A program made the position numbers and the translations under genes. From assembly GCA_017530365.1 (NCBI GenBank), contig JAFXMK010000034.1:3328-67327 (forward strand): a DNA stretch of 64,000 nt, given 5' to 3'. Origin of the DNA: Bacteroidales bacterium (GTDB lineage Bacteria; Bacteroidota; Bacteroidia; Bacteroidales; F082). The notes below the pieces were generated by a model. It worked only from the letters and a program-made list of their open reading frames with translations. It was not told the DNA's origin and made no database searches. Shown in pieces: positions 17,491 through 25,258 of the stretch; the first letter of the stretch is position 1; each line of letters starts with the position of its first letter.

Positions 17491-18611
17491 TGGATGGCGT
17501 TTTCTCCAAAACGCAATTTGATCTTATCCATGGCGGCATACAATTTCGTCAGCTCTGCATTGTCGTCAAACAACGCCAGTTGCGGTGCCCCGTTGACCAA
17601 TTCGCTCAGCCTCACCCCTACCAATCGGATCATCATGCGTCGATTGTAGAGGCGGTCAAAAATGCCATTGACAGTCTCGCGCAGCACATGGTCGAAGGCC
17701 GTGTAAGGAATGCGCTGCTGCATGTCGTGCGTGTCGAAGTTCGAGTAACGGATCTTCACCGTCACGCAGCCCACCAGCTTGTGTTGCGAACGCAAATCGA
17801 AGCCCAGGCTTTCCACCATCCTTGCCATGCATTGCTTGATACCCATCACATCGATGGTGTCCTGCTCAAAGGTGCGTTCCTTGCTGATGGATTTCCGTTC
17901 CTGATAAGGGCAAACAGGTGTATTGTCGTGGCCATTGGCTTTCTTCCAGATGTCAATACCGCTCTTTCCCAGCACCCTTTCCATCGCCATGGGTGGCAGA
18001 TGCCGCAACACACCAATGGTATCCACGCCCATCGAATGCAACAAGGCACAAGTCTTCAAACCAGCCATTGGAATCTTCTGCACCGGTAGCGGATCAAGGA
18101 AGTTATTAATATAAGGTATGGGCACCTGCAGCTCTCCGTTGGGTTTAGCCTCCCCCGTAGCAATCTTGGCAACCGTCTTGTTTTCCGAAAGACCGAACGA
18201 AATGGGCAAACCTGTCTCACGGATGATCTTTTGGCGCAGCTCATGCGACCACAGCTGGCAGTCATGGAAGCGGTCCATGCCCGTCAAATCGAGATAATGC
18301 TCATCGATGGACATTTTCTCATATACCGGTGCGCTGTCGGCGATGATTTGTGTTACCAAACGTGAATAACGGCTATACAGCTCCATATCGCCCCGAATGA
18401 AAACAGCCTGTGAGCACAGCTGTTTGGCCATCCGCATCGGCATGGCCGAGTGCACCCCAAAACGTCGCGCCTCGTAGCTGCATGTGGAGACCACACCTCG
18501 ATCCGACATGCCTCCCACGATGACTGGCTTGCCTTCCAGAGATGGGTTCACCAGCCGTTCCACCGACACGAAAAACGTGTCCAGATCCAAATGCAAAATC
18601 GTCCTTTCCAT
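17463..18611 (-). CDS. dinB: Y-family DNA polymerase IV
   Basis: ORF 17463..18638(-). I prefer the start MERTILHLDLDTFFVSVE at 18611. Catalytic motifs are intact (HLDLD; SIDEHYLD) and it is collinear with E. coli DinB. Confidence 0.9.
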   Translation of the reverse strand: MERTILHLDLDTFFVSVERLVNPSLEGKPVIVGGMSDRGVVSTCSYEARRFGVHSAMPMRMAKQLCSQAVFIRGDMELYSRYSRLVTQIIADSAPVYEKMSIDEHYLDLTGMDRFHDCQLWSHELRQKIIRETGLPISFGLSENKTVAKIATGEAKPNGELQVPIPYINNFLDPLPVQKIPMAGLKTCALLHSMGVDTIGVLRHLPPMAMERVLGKSGIDIWKKANGHDNTPVCPYQERKSISKERTFEQDTIDVMGIKQCMARMVESLGFDLRSQHKLVGCVTVKIRYSNFDTHDMQQRIPYTAFDHVLRETVNGIFDRLYNRRMMIRLVGVRLSELVNGAPQLALFDDNAELTKLYAAMDKIKLRFGENAIHLSTEQLSN

Positions 18612-18653
18612 CACATTTTTCCTCTTTTTGCTTGACAATTCAAAAATTCACCG

Positions 18654-18661
18654 TATCTTTG
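18654..18661 (+). promoter_or_regulatory. -7 box TATCTTTG (with TTG -33-like element at 18632-18634) for the LexA/CI-like repressor
   Basis: CTTGACAATTCAAAAATTCACCGTATCTTTG, with spacing compatible with the Bacteroides -33/-7 promoter architecture. Confidence 0.5.
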
Positions 18662-18745
18662 ACGAGTTTTTAATCAAAATCACCGCCGTAAATTTAATCA
18701 AAAATTCTTACTTCATACTTCTAACTTCTAAAATTCTTCCAAAAA

Positions 18746-19555
18746 ATGTTTTTCAGTTCAAACATAAAATTCTTACGCAAGCACCGCGGTCGCACCCAAG
18801 ATGATGTGGCTTTTGCGCTCAACATGAAACGCTCCACCTTGAGCGGTTACGAGAACGAGGTCTCCGAGCCCAACATTGAAGCCTTGGTCGCTTTCTCGAA
18901 GTATTTCAACATCGCCATCGATACGTTGGTAAAGATCGACCTCAGCAGCTTCAGCGAGGGGCAACTCTCCCAACTGGAACGGGGCTTTGACGCACATCTC
19001 AAAGGGAGTAACCTGCGGGTACTGGCCACTACTGTCAATACTGACAACGACGAGAACATCGAGTTGGTCACTGAAAAGGCCAAAGCCGGTTACGCCACTG
19101 GATTCGCCGATCCCGAATACATCAAGGTGTTGCCCACCTTCACCATACCTTTCCTCTCTCGCGACCGCAAATACCGCACTTTCCAGATCAGCGGCGACTC
19201 CATGTTGCCCATCCCCGACGGAGCTTACGTTACTGGCGAATACGTCCTTGACTGGACCAACGTGCGGAACGGACAGCCCTACATCATCCTGACCCAAGAC
19301 GACGGCATTGTCTTTAAGATCGTGGAAAATAAAATCGAAGACGAAGGAAAACTGACCCTCAGTTCGCTCAATCCACTCTACAAACCCTACGACCTGGCTG
19401 CCACCGACATCAAGGAAGTGTGGAAATTTGTCCATTACATCAGTGCGGAAATGCCACAACAAAACGAGAACACACTCCGCGAAGAACAGCTGGTCAAAGT
19501 GGTCCGAGACCTACAGAAAAAGGTAGAAGAGATACAACTCAAGCTGAATCTTTAA
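18746..19555 (+). CDS. XRE-family HTH + S24 (LexA/CI-like) self-cleaving repressor
   Basis: 269 aa. N-terminal HTH (IKFLRKHRGRTQDDVAFALNMKRSTLSGYENE), a possible Ala-Gly cleavage site (KAKAGYA), the S24 Ser motif ISGDSMLP and a downstream Lys (IVFKIV). Divergent from dinB-dnaE2. Confidence 0.8.
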   Translation: MFFSSNIKFLRKHRGRTQDDVAFALNMKRSTLSGYENEVSEPNIEALVAFSKYFNIAIDTLVKIDLSSFSEGQLSQLERGFDAHLKGSNLRVLATTVNTDNDENIELVTEKAKAGYATGFADPEYIKVLPTFTIPFLSRDRKYRTFQISGDSMLPIPDGAYVTGEYVLDWTNVRNGQPYIILTQDDGIVFKIVENKIEDEGKLTLSSLNPLYKPYDLAATDIKEVWKFVHYISAEMPQQNENTLREEQLVKVVRDLQKKVEEIQLKLNL

Positions 19556-19622
19556 TTCAAAACGGCACACTATTTGGACAAATCCAACGTTATATTTAGT
19601 GTAACCATTAAATTTTATCCAC

Positions 19623-20594
19623 ATGAAAAAAGTATTTTTATGTTTGATGCTCCTCTGTGGTATTGCCATGATCAGCACAAGTTGCAAAAAAGACCCAACA
19701 CCTGTCAATCCTGAAACCGCAAGTGGATCCATGACCGTCGGAAACAAGACCATCGACATCACCACTGCAGAAGCCGTCAATTACGGACAGAAAAACGCCA
19801 TCGTCTTAGCTTCAAAGCCAATGACAGAGGCTGAAAACGAAGGAGTTGCCGTCATTTTCAATGGCGCTATTACTCCTGGAACCTATAAGCTCGGCGATGC
19901 CAAAGCCGACACCCCTCGCGTGGTAGGCCTTAAGGATTTCAACATGGGTGAGATCCATTTTGTCATCGAATCCGATACGATTTTCTTCGGAGATGTTTAT
20001 TTCTGGATCAATGGTGAGCTCTCCATCATCGAAAACAACGGCACCTACACTGTCGTTTTGTCACAGTGCACTGCCACCAACGCCAACAACACCAACATCA
20101 ACCTTGCTGTTAATTTCAATGGCACTTTGACACCATACGTTGTCAACACTGACAATAAGTTTGTCATTGATGGTTTTGAAAGCGCCATCGGTTTGGCAGG
20201 CGTCGCTTCTCTTGACGGCCTAAGCTCATTAGGTCTCGATGTCAAGTCGATGCTCTTCATGTCAGCCGACCGCAAGCGTTTCTTCATCGTCAGTTACCTC
20301 GGCGGACAAGTCGTTGACGGTGAATACGACCTCGGATACCTTGCCACACCTTATCTGCCTGTCTTCCCATGCGTCCACGTCGCTCTCGATGGTGACTTCT
20401 GGCACTTCCAACCCCAAACAGGTTATATTGCCAAAAGCGGCAAGCTGACCGTGGTCACCAATGAAGACGGCACCAAGACCGTTACCATGAAGGATCTCAA
20501 ATTGAAGAATGTGGAACACGACAGCGAGTTCTTCTTCCCCATCCTTGATGCCGAGCTCAACTATCAAGGCATGATGTTCGAAATTAAGCTCTAA
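19623..20594 (+). CDS. lipoprotein, function unknown
   Basis: 323 aa, MKKVFLCLMLLCGIAMISTSCKKD (lipobox). No recognisable catalytic motif. Confidence 0.65.
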   Translation: MKKVFLCLMLLCGIAMISTSCKKDPTPVNPETASGSMTVGNKTIDITTAEAVNYGQKNAIVLASKPMTEAENEGVAVIFNGAITPGTYKLGDAKADTPRVVGLKDFNMGEIHFVIESDTIFFGDVYFWINGELSIIENNGTYTVVLSQCTATNANNTNINLAVNFNGTLTPYVVNTDNKFVIDGFESAIGLAGVASLDGLSSLGLDVKSMLFMSADRKRFFIVSYLGGQVVDGEYDLGYLATPYLPVFPCVHVALDGDFWHFQPQTGYIAKSGKLTVVTNEDGTKTVTMKDLKLKNVEHDSEFFFPILDAELNYQGMMFEIKL

Positions 20595-20619
20595 TCACTT
20601 CGTTCTATTAATTAATAAT

Positions 20620-20657
20620 AGGAGTGTCTTTATCACTTAAAGGCACTCCTATTTTTT
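20620..20657 (+). terminator. rho-independent terminator
   Basis: AGGAGTG...CACTCCT stem with inner CTTTA/TAAAG pairing, followed by ATTTTTT. Confidence 0.65.
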
Positions 20658-20789
20658 ATATGTCAACAATAAAAAAGACTGATTATAATTAATAAATTTA
20701 ACCGTTTAATTTATACGTAATTACGCTCGTTTGTTGATTTTATTTGAATTAATTTGCTAAAAAGTCTTGACTTTTGGTTTTTGCGGTTG

Positions 20790-20797
20790 TATATTTG
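20790..20797 (+). promoter_or_regulatory. -7 promoter box TATATTTG
   Basis: Matches TAnnTTTG, 53 nt upstream of the ATG at 20850. Confidence 0.45.
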
Positions 20798-20849
20798 CAA
20801 ACGAATCGATACAACATTATTAAACAAATTAATTTAAAAAATCAGCATT

Positions 20850-21857
20850 ATGAAAAACAAACTCTTTACAATCACGGCTTTATGTTTGTCTGCCGTCGTA
20901 CTTGCCGCATGCAGCAAGGACAAAACACCAACATCCCAGTCCAACGCCAGCCATGATGGACACATCCAAGACCCCATCGAGCAATTAAGGACATTCAAGA
21001 AACAAATTGAATCGGTCAAAGCAAACCCAACAGCAAAGAGCGACGAAACCATTTCACTTACCGAAGCGCTCTGGGATGTTGAAAATACTTTCAACCTCAC
21101 CTATTCTGAGTCAGAGCAGTATTACAGCCAGATCAACGATCATGAGTTCACACTGACACTGCCCGTCAATGAAGAACGCAACGTATTGGTTTACGATGCT
21201 GTAGGTCTTTACTCCAATGTAATCCTTCAGGCCCGTGAAGCTTTCGCCGAAGTGACGTTCGCTGACAAAGGATTCGTGTCGCTAACAGTAAAAGAAGTAA
21301 TCGAGGACGAACACGCTGTGTCTGTCAAATTTTCCGGAAAGACAGGGGAGCGTTGCAATTACAACCTGCCATCAAACCAAGCTGACGGTCCTTTTGGCGA
21401 AGATGACAATTGGATGTTTGCCGCTCCCCTCGGCAAATGCGATGATCCCGACATCCCTTCTGGAGCCGATGAGCAAATCCAAGAACAGTTGTATATAAAA
21501 CTCATTGAACCCTACATGGAGACAGACCCCGCCTATAGGAACATTTACATTGAGAGAAAAAGATTTATATTTGATGGCACAAACTATCCCTTCATTTTCT
21601 ACAGCCCAAGCCCAGGCAATATGTGCATCGATTATATAAACATGAACTACTATTACAACTCAGAAAAACACCTTATCACAAACATCATCCCCGATCAGTA
21701 TCATCTGACAGGATACAGCCCTATCTCCATCGAGATTGAAGGAAGAGTTTTGCCAGAGCTTGAGGCCTTAACCCATTACAACGAAGTCGAATACGGAAAA
21801 CGCGTAAGGATCAGCACTGACGAATTCGGCAAGACGCTTGACTTGATGACGGAATAA
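20850..21857 (+). CDS. lipoprotein, function unknown
   Basis: 335 aa, MKNKLFTITALCLSAVVLAACSKD (lipobox). No recognisable motif. Confidence 0.65.
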   Translation: MKNKLFTITALCLSAVVLAACSKDKTPTSQSNASHDGHIQDPIEQLRTFKKQIESVKANPTAKSDETISLTEALWDVENTFNLTYSESEQYYSQINDHEFTLTLPVNEERNVLVYDAVGLYSNVILQAREAFAEVTFADKGFVSLTVKEVIEDEHAVSVKFSGKTGERCNYNLPSNQADGPFGEDDNWMFAAPLGKCDDPDIPSGADEQIQEQLYIKLIEPYMETDPAYRNIYIERKRFIFDGTNYPFIFYSPSPGNMCIDYINMNYYYNSEKHLITNIIPDQYHLTGYSPISIEIEGRVLPELEALTHYNEVEYGKRVRISTDEFGKTLDLMTE

Positions 21858-21892
21858 TAAAACAATGTGACACCGCCTTAACAATTGAAATT

Positions 21893-23401
21893 ATGACGAA
21901 AAAACTACTTTTGATCGCTGTGCTCTGTTTGACACATCTCATATTAGCAGCACAAGATTGGAGCATCCACTACATTGGAGAATATCCAATAGGGCGCACC
22001 CATTTTAACGATGGAATCGTTGACGGGGACGGTGTCACATTTCTCGCGGGATTTGAAGGTCCAAACATTGACACTCCAGATGCCCTTTTCATGCGAATTG
22101 AGCCAGATGGAAGCCACTCGGAGTTCAAGTACCAAAAAGACGGTTATCGTTCCAAAGCAACTTGCCTTATAGAAATGCCCAATGAGAATCTCTTCGCCGC
22201 TGGGAATCTCTATGGCGACACCGTCGACGATGTCATGGTATGGATCTTGGACAAGCAACTTAATGTACTTGAAGAGAAGCATTACAAAAAAGAAATTGAG
22301 GGCAATTCCTTCGGCGCAAGCAAAGTCACTCTCGACAGTCATGCTCACGTCATCTTATCTACATGCGTACAACAAAACAATACATATCAAGGCTTTGATT
22401 ATCGGGGCGTTTTCTTCAAATTCGACCAACATGGTGACAGTATCAGCCATCGTTATCTCGTTCAAGACTATCCAACCCCGGTATTCTTTCTTATGGACTT
22501 TCGAGTGCGGCAGATGTGGTACCAAGCTGAAGAAGAAGAGCTTCTCTGCCTCGCCCCTGGTTATGGCAATGTCATGTCTTTCATCACTTTCGATTCAGCT
22601 TTCAATTATATCGATGAATATCAAATCTGGCAAGATGACATTGAAAAAACCGACCACACAATCAACAGGGACTGCTTCACAGACCATTGGTACAATGAGG
22701 ACGAAGCTCTGTTTTTTAGCAGCCACGGCGATGCCGACCACAATAGACTGAGAATCTCGCGCATCAACACCCACGGAGAGTATTTGGACTTCATTCGCCT
22801 CAATGAGAGGACCGACACTATCGATGACGCTGCGACGAACCGATGCATGGCAACCGCAAACGACAGCACTTTTTACTTCAGCTTCTATTATCATATCTGG
22901 GGCAAATATCCTGGATTCGCCTGTGTTTACATGCTCAACGACCAAATGGAAATCATCGGAAGACATATTGATGACGACCACAAATGCTATCGCTCCAGTC
23001 TAATTCTACCCACCTCCGATGGCGGTTGTATTACCGTCAACGATTCCTGCCAATACGGCCCTATTTCGACCACATCTCGTCCTATTATCAATAAACTCAA
23101 CCGTTCAGATTTCGAGACCGTAACACTTTCAACATCAGATATCTGTCCAGAGCCCCTGAGAAACAAAGCTTATCCCAATCCCTGTGAAGAAACGTTGCAC
23201 ATTCCTTTGCCCGACATAAAAGGCATTATCATCCGATGTCTACTCCTAGACAATCATGGTAGAACTATCGTCGATCGATCGGTGTTATCCTCAGATCGCA
23301 CATTGGATCTCAATGTCTCAAAACTTAAAAAAGGAATCTACCATTACCAGATCTATTCCGACAAAGAAACACTCTTAACAGGATCGTTCATCAAAGAATA
23401 A
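21893..23401 (+). CDS. secreted protein with T9SS type-A C-terminal sorting domain
   Basis: 502 aa with a signal peptide. The C-terminal ~75 aa (AYPNPCEETLHIPL...LDLNVSKLKKGIYHYQIYSDKETLLTGSFIKE) fit the Por secretion tail pattern. The body is unassigned. Confidence 0.72.
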   Translation: MTKKLLLIAVLCLTHLILAAQDWSIHYIGEYPIGRTHFNDGIVDGDGVTFLAGFEGPNIDTPDALFMRIEPDGSHSEFKYQKDGYRSKATCLIEMPNENLFAAGNLYGDTVDDVMVWILDKQLNVLEEKHYKKEIEGNSFGASKVTLDSHAHVILSTCVQQNNTYQGFDYRGVFFKFDQHGDSISHRYLVQDYPTPVFFLMDFRVRQMWYQAEEEELLCLAPGYGNVMSFITFDSAFNYIDEYQIWQDDIEKTDHTINRDCFTDHWYNEDEALFFSSHGDADHNRLRISRINTHGEYLDFIRLNERTDTIDDAATNRCMATANDSTFYFSFYYHIWGKYPGFACVYMLNDQMEIIGRHIDDDHKCYRSSLILPTSDGGCITVNDSCQYGPISTTSRPIINKLNRSDFETVTLSTSDICPEPLRNKAYPNPCEETLHIPLPDIKGIIIRCLLLDNHGRTIVDRSVLSSDRTLDLNVSKLKKGIYHYQIYSDKETLLTGSFIKE

Positions 23402-23432
23402 AACGCTATTTATCTTTCCATAAAACGGCTTG

Positions 23433-23466
23433 AGCCAGTCCTCAGCCAATGGTTTCTGGACTGGCT
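23433..23466 (+). terminator. hairpin, weak terminator candidate
   Basis: AGCCAGTCC-16 nt-GGACTGGCT. There is no strong T run, only TTTAGG. Confidence 0.35.
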
Positions 23467-23531
23467 TTAGGCCACAATATGCGCTAAAACCAGCCCTTCT
23501 TACCATATAACACATTAAATTCCAATTGATT

Positions 23532-25238
23532 ATGAAAAAACAGACACTATACTTACTATCATTCTTCTCTTTTTATTTAGCTTTCCCTTTAAATATAATT
23601 TCCCAAAACTGCGTGCAATGCAACGGATCCACCGCAACGGGCAATAACGCATCGGCCGTTGGTTACCACACTGCAGCTTCAGGAAACAATTCCTTAGCTG
23701 GAGGATACAATTCGCAAGCGACTGGAAGCAATAGCTTTGCGTTTGGTTACAGCAGCAAGGCTTCACAATCTACCAACATAGCGTTGGGCAATACCGCTGA
23801 AGCATCAGGAACAGGAAGTATTGCCATGGGAACCTACGTCAAAGCAAGCGCACAAAACTCATTTGTACTAGGCGCCGGCACTACTTCGCGATACCCTTTA
23901 ACCAATAACACTGCCCACAGCATTGCATTTGGTGTTAACAGCAACAAGCCAACCATGCTCATCACAAAATCGCTGAACAACAACTACACAGGGAAAGTTG
24001 CCATTGGCAATGTCACACCTAAGGCAAAACTGCACATTAAATCCGACAACAACGAGGACGCCAGCGTTTTCATTGAGCCAGCAGACAAAAGCACATGGAA
24101 GGCTTATATTAAGCTCTTTGATGACGATCATAGTATTTCCGTTGATAAAACGGCCGCCATGGAATTCAATTCAGGATCTGGACTCATGAATTTCAAAGGC
24201 AATAATTATTGTTTTGGAAAAGACGGGGATTTAAAAACCAGGATCAACAACATAGGTAAGGCTTCAATCTATTATAATGCCAGATATGAAAACAACCTTG
24301 AATATAGAGATGGCGAAGGGTCCTCGTACGCCATCGATTTCAACAAAAACGAGTTGCGGTTCAGGACCGCCACTTATCAAATCCCAAGAAGTTCTGAGAT
24401 CACCAATTGGAAAACCGCATTATCCATTTTCCAAGACGGCAAAATTGGCATCGGGTCCAAAGAAATCTATTTTCAAAACAATGCCGACAGCCAGTTAATC
24501 ATCAACAGCCCAAAAGATATCAACCTGAGTTCCGCCAACATCACGCTTACTGGGAAAATCGGCATTAATACGACCAACAACGTCGATGGCTACGCTATCG
24601 CTGTTGACGGTGGCTTGATCTCAAACAAAGTATTCATAAAAGAAGTCAACCAATGGCCAGACCATGTCTTCTCAGAAGATTACAAACTGATGAACTTGGA
24701 TGAATTAAAGAGCTATCTAAGCGACCACAAGCACCTTCCCGGAGTCCCTTCTCAAGCTGACGTAATCGGCAAAGGGTACGATATCAACAATATGCAGCAA
24801 ATCATGTTGGAAAAGATAGAAGAATTGACTCGTTATATCCTTCTGTTACAAGATGAAATTGACGATTTGAAAGCAGACAAAGCCGCATCTAACGATTCCA
24901 TTGTTTTCTCTTACGATGCCGACGGAAACCGCATTTCAAGAAGCATCACTTTCAAGAGAATTCTAAATCCAGATCAAAATCCATCTATAGTTCAACAAAC
25001 CTTGTACGATTTGTTTCCCAATCCGACATCAGGACAATTCTCCTTGATCTTAAAAGATCCGTCAATGACAAGCAAACTCCACGCTGCGCTTCATACCATG
25101 ACAGGGACGACAATCGTGGAAAGCGACATTGCGGGAAGTGCCATGACTTTTGATTTGTCCGCTCATCCATCGGGCATCTATCTTTTGGAAATCAGCGGAC
25201 CAGACGGGCATCAGTCCTGGAAAGTCATCAAGCACTAA
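23532..25238 (+). CDS. fibre/adhesin-like T9SS cargo protein (Hep_Hag-like head repeats, coiled-coil module, T9SS CTD)
   Basis: ORF 23526..25238 begins with TTG; an ATG at 23532 (MKKQTLYLLSFF) is more likely. It has ~14-residue repeats (ATGNNASAVGYHTAASGNNSLAGGYNSQATGSNSFAFGYSSKA...). A conserved module follows: WPDHVFSEDYKLMNLDELKSYLSDHKHLPGVPSQADV...MLEKIEELTRYILLLQDEIDDLK. There is one YD repeat (FSYDADGNRISRS). The T9SS tail is LFPNPTSGQFSL...GIYLLEISGPDGHQSWKVIKH. Confidence 0.75.
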   Translation: MKKQTLYLLSFFSFYLAFPLNIISQNCVQCNGSTATGNNASAVGYHTAASGNNSLAGGYNSQATGSNSFAFGYSSKASQSTNIALGNTAEASGTGSIAMGTYVKASAQNSFVLGAGTTSRYPLTNNTAHSIAFGVNSNKPTMLITKSLNNNYTGKVAIGNVTPKAKLHIKSDNNEDASVFIEPADKSTWKAYIKLFDDDHSISVDKTAAMEFNSGSGLMNFKGNNYCFGKDGDLKTRINNIGKASIYYNARYENNLEYRDGEGSSYAIDFNKNELRFRTATYQIPRSSEITNWKTALSIFQDGKIGIGSKEIYFQNNADSQLIINSPKDINLSSANITLTGKIGINTTNNVDGYAIAVDGGLISNKVFIKEVNQWPDHVFSEDYKLMNLDELKSYLSDHKHLPGVPSQADVIGKGYDINNMQQIMLEKIEELTRYILLLQDEIDDLKADKAASNDSIVFSYDADGNRISRSITFKRILNPDQNPSIVQQTLYDLFPNPTSGQFSLILKDPSMTSKLHAALHTMTGTTIVESDIAGSAMTFDLSAHPSGIYLLEISGPDGHQSWKVIKH

Positions 25239-25258
25239 TAAAGGGAGGAGAAAACATC

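Noticed and set aside
20716-20725. Perfect 10-bp palindrome CGTAATTACG in the AT-rich spacer upstream of the second island lipoprotein.
   Set aside because: It is a short palindrome in AT-rich DNA with no second copy and no positional relation to the promoter box. It is likely chance.
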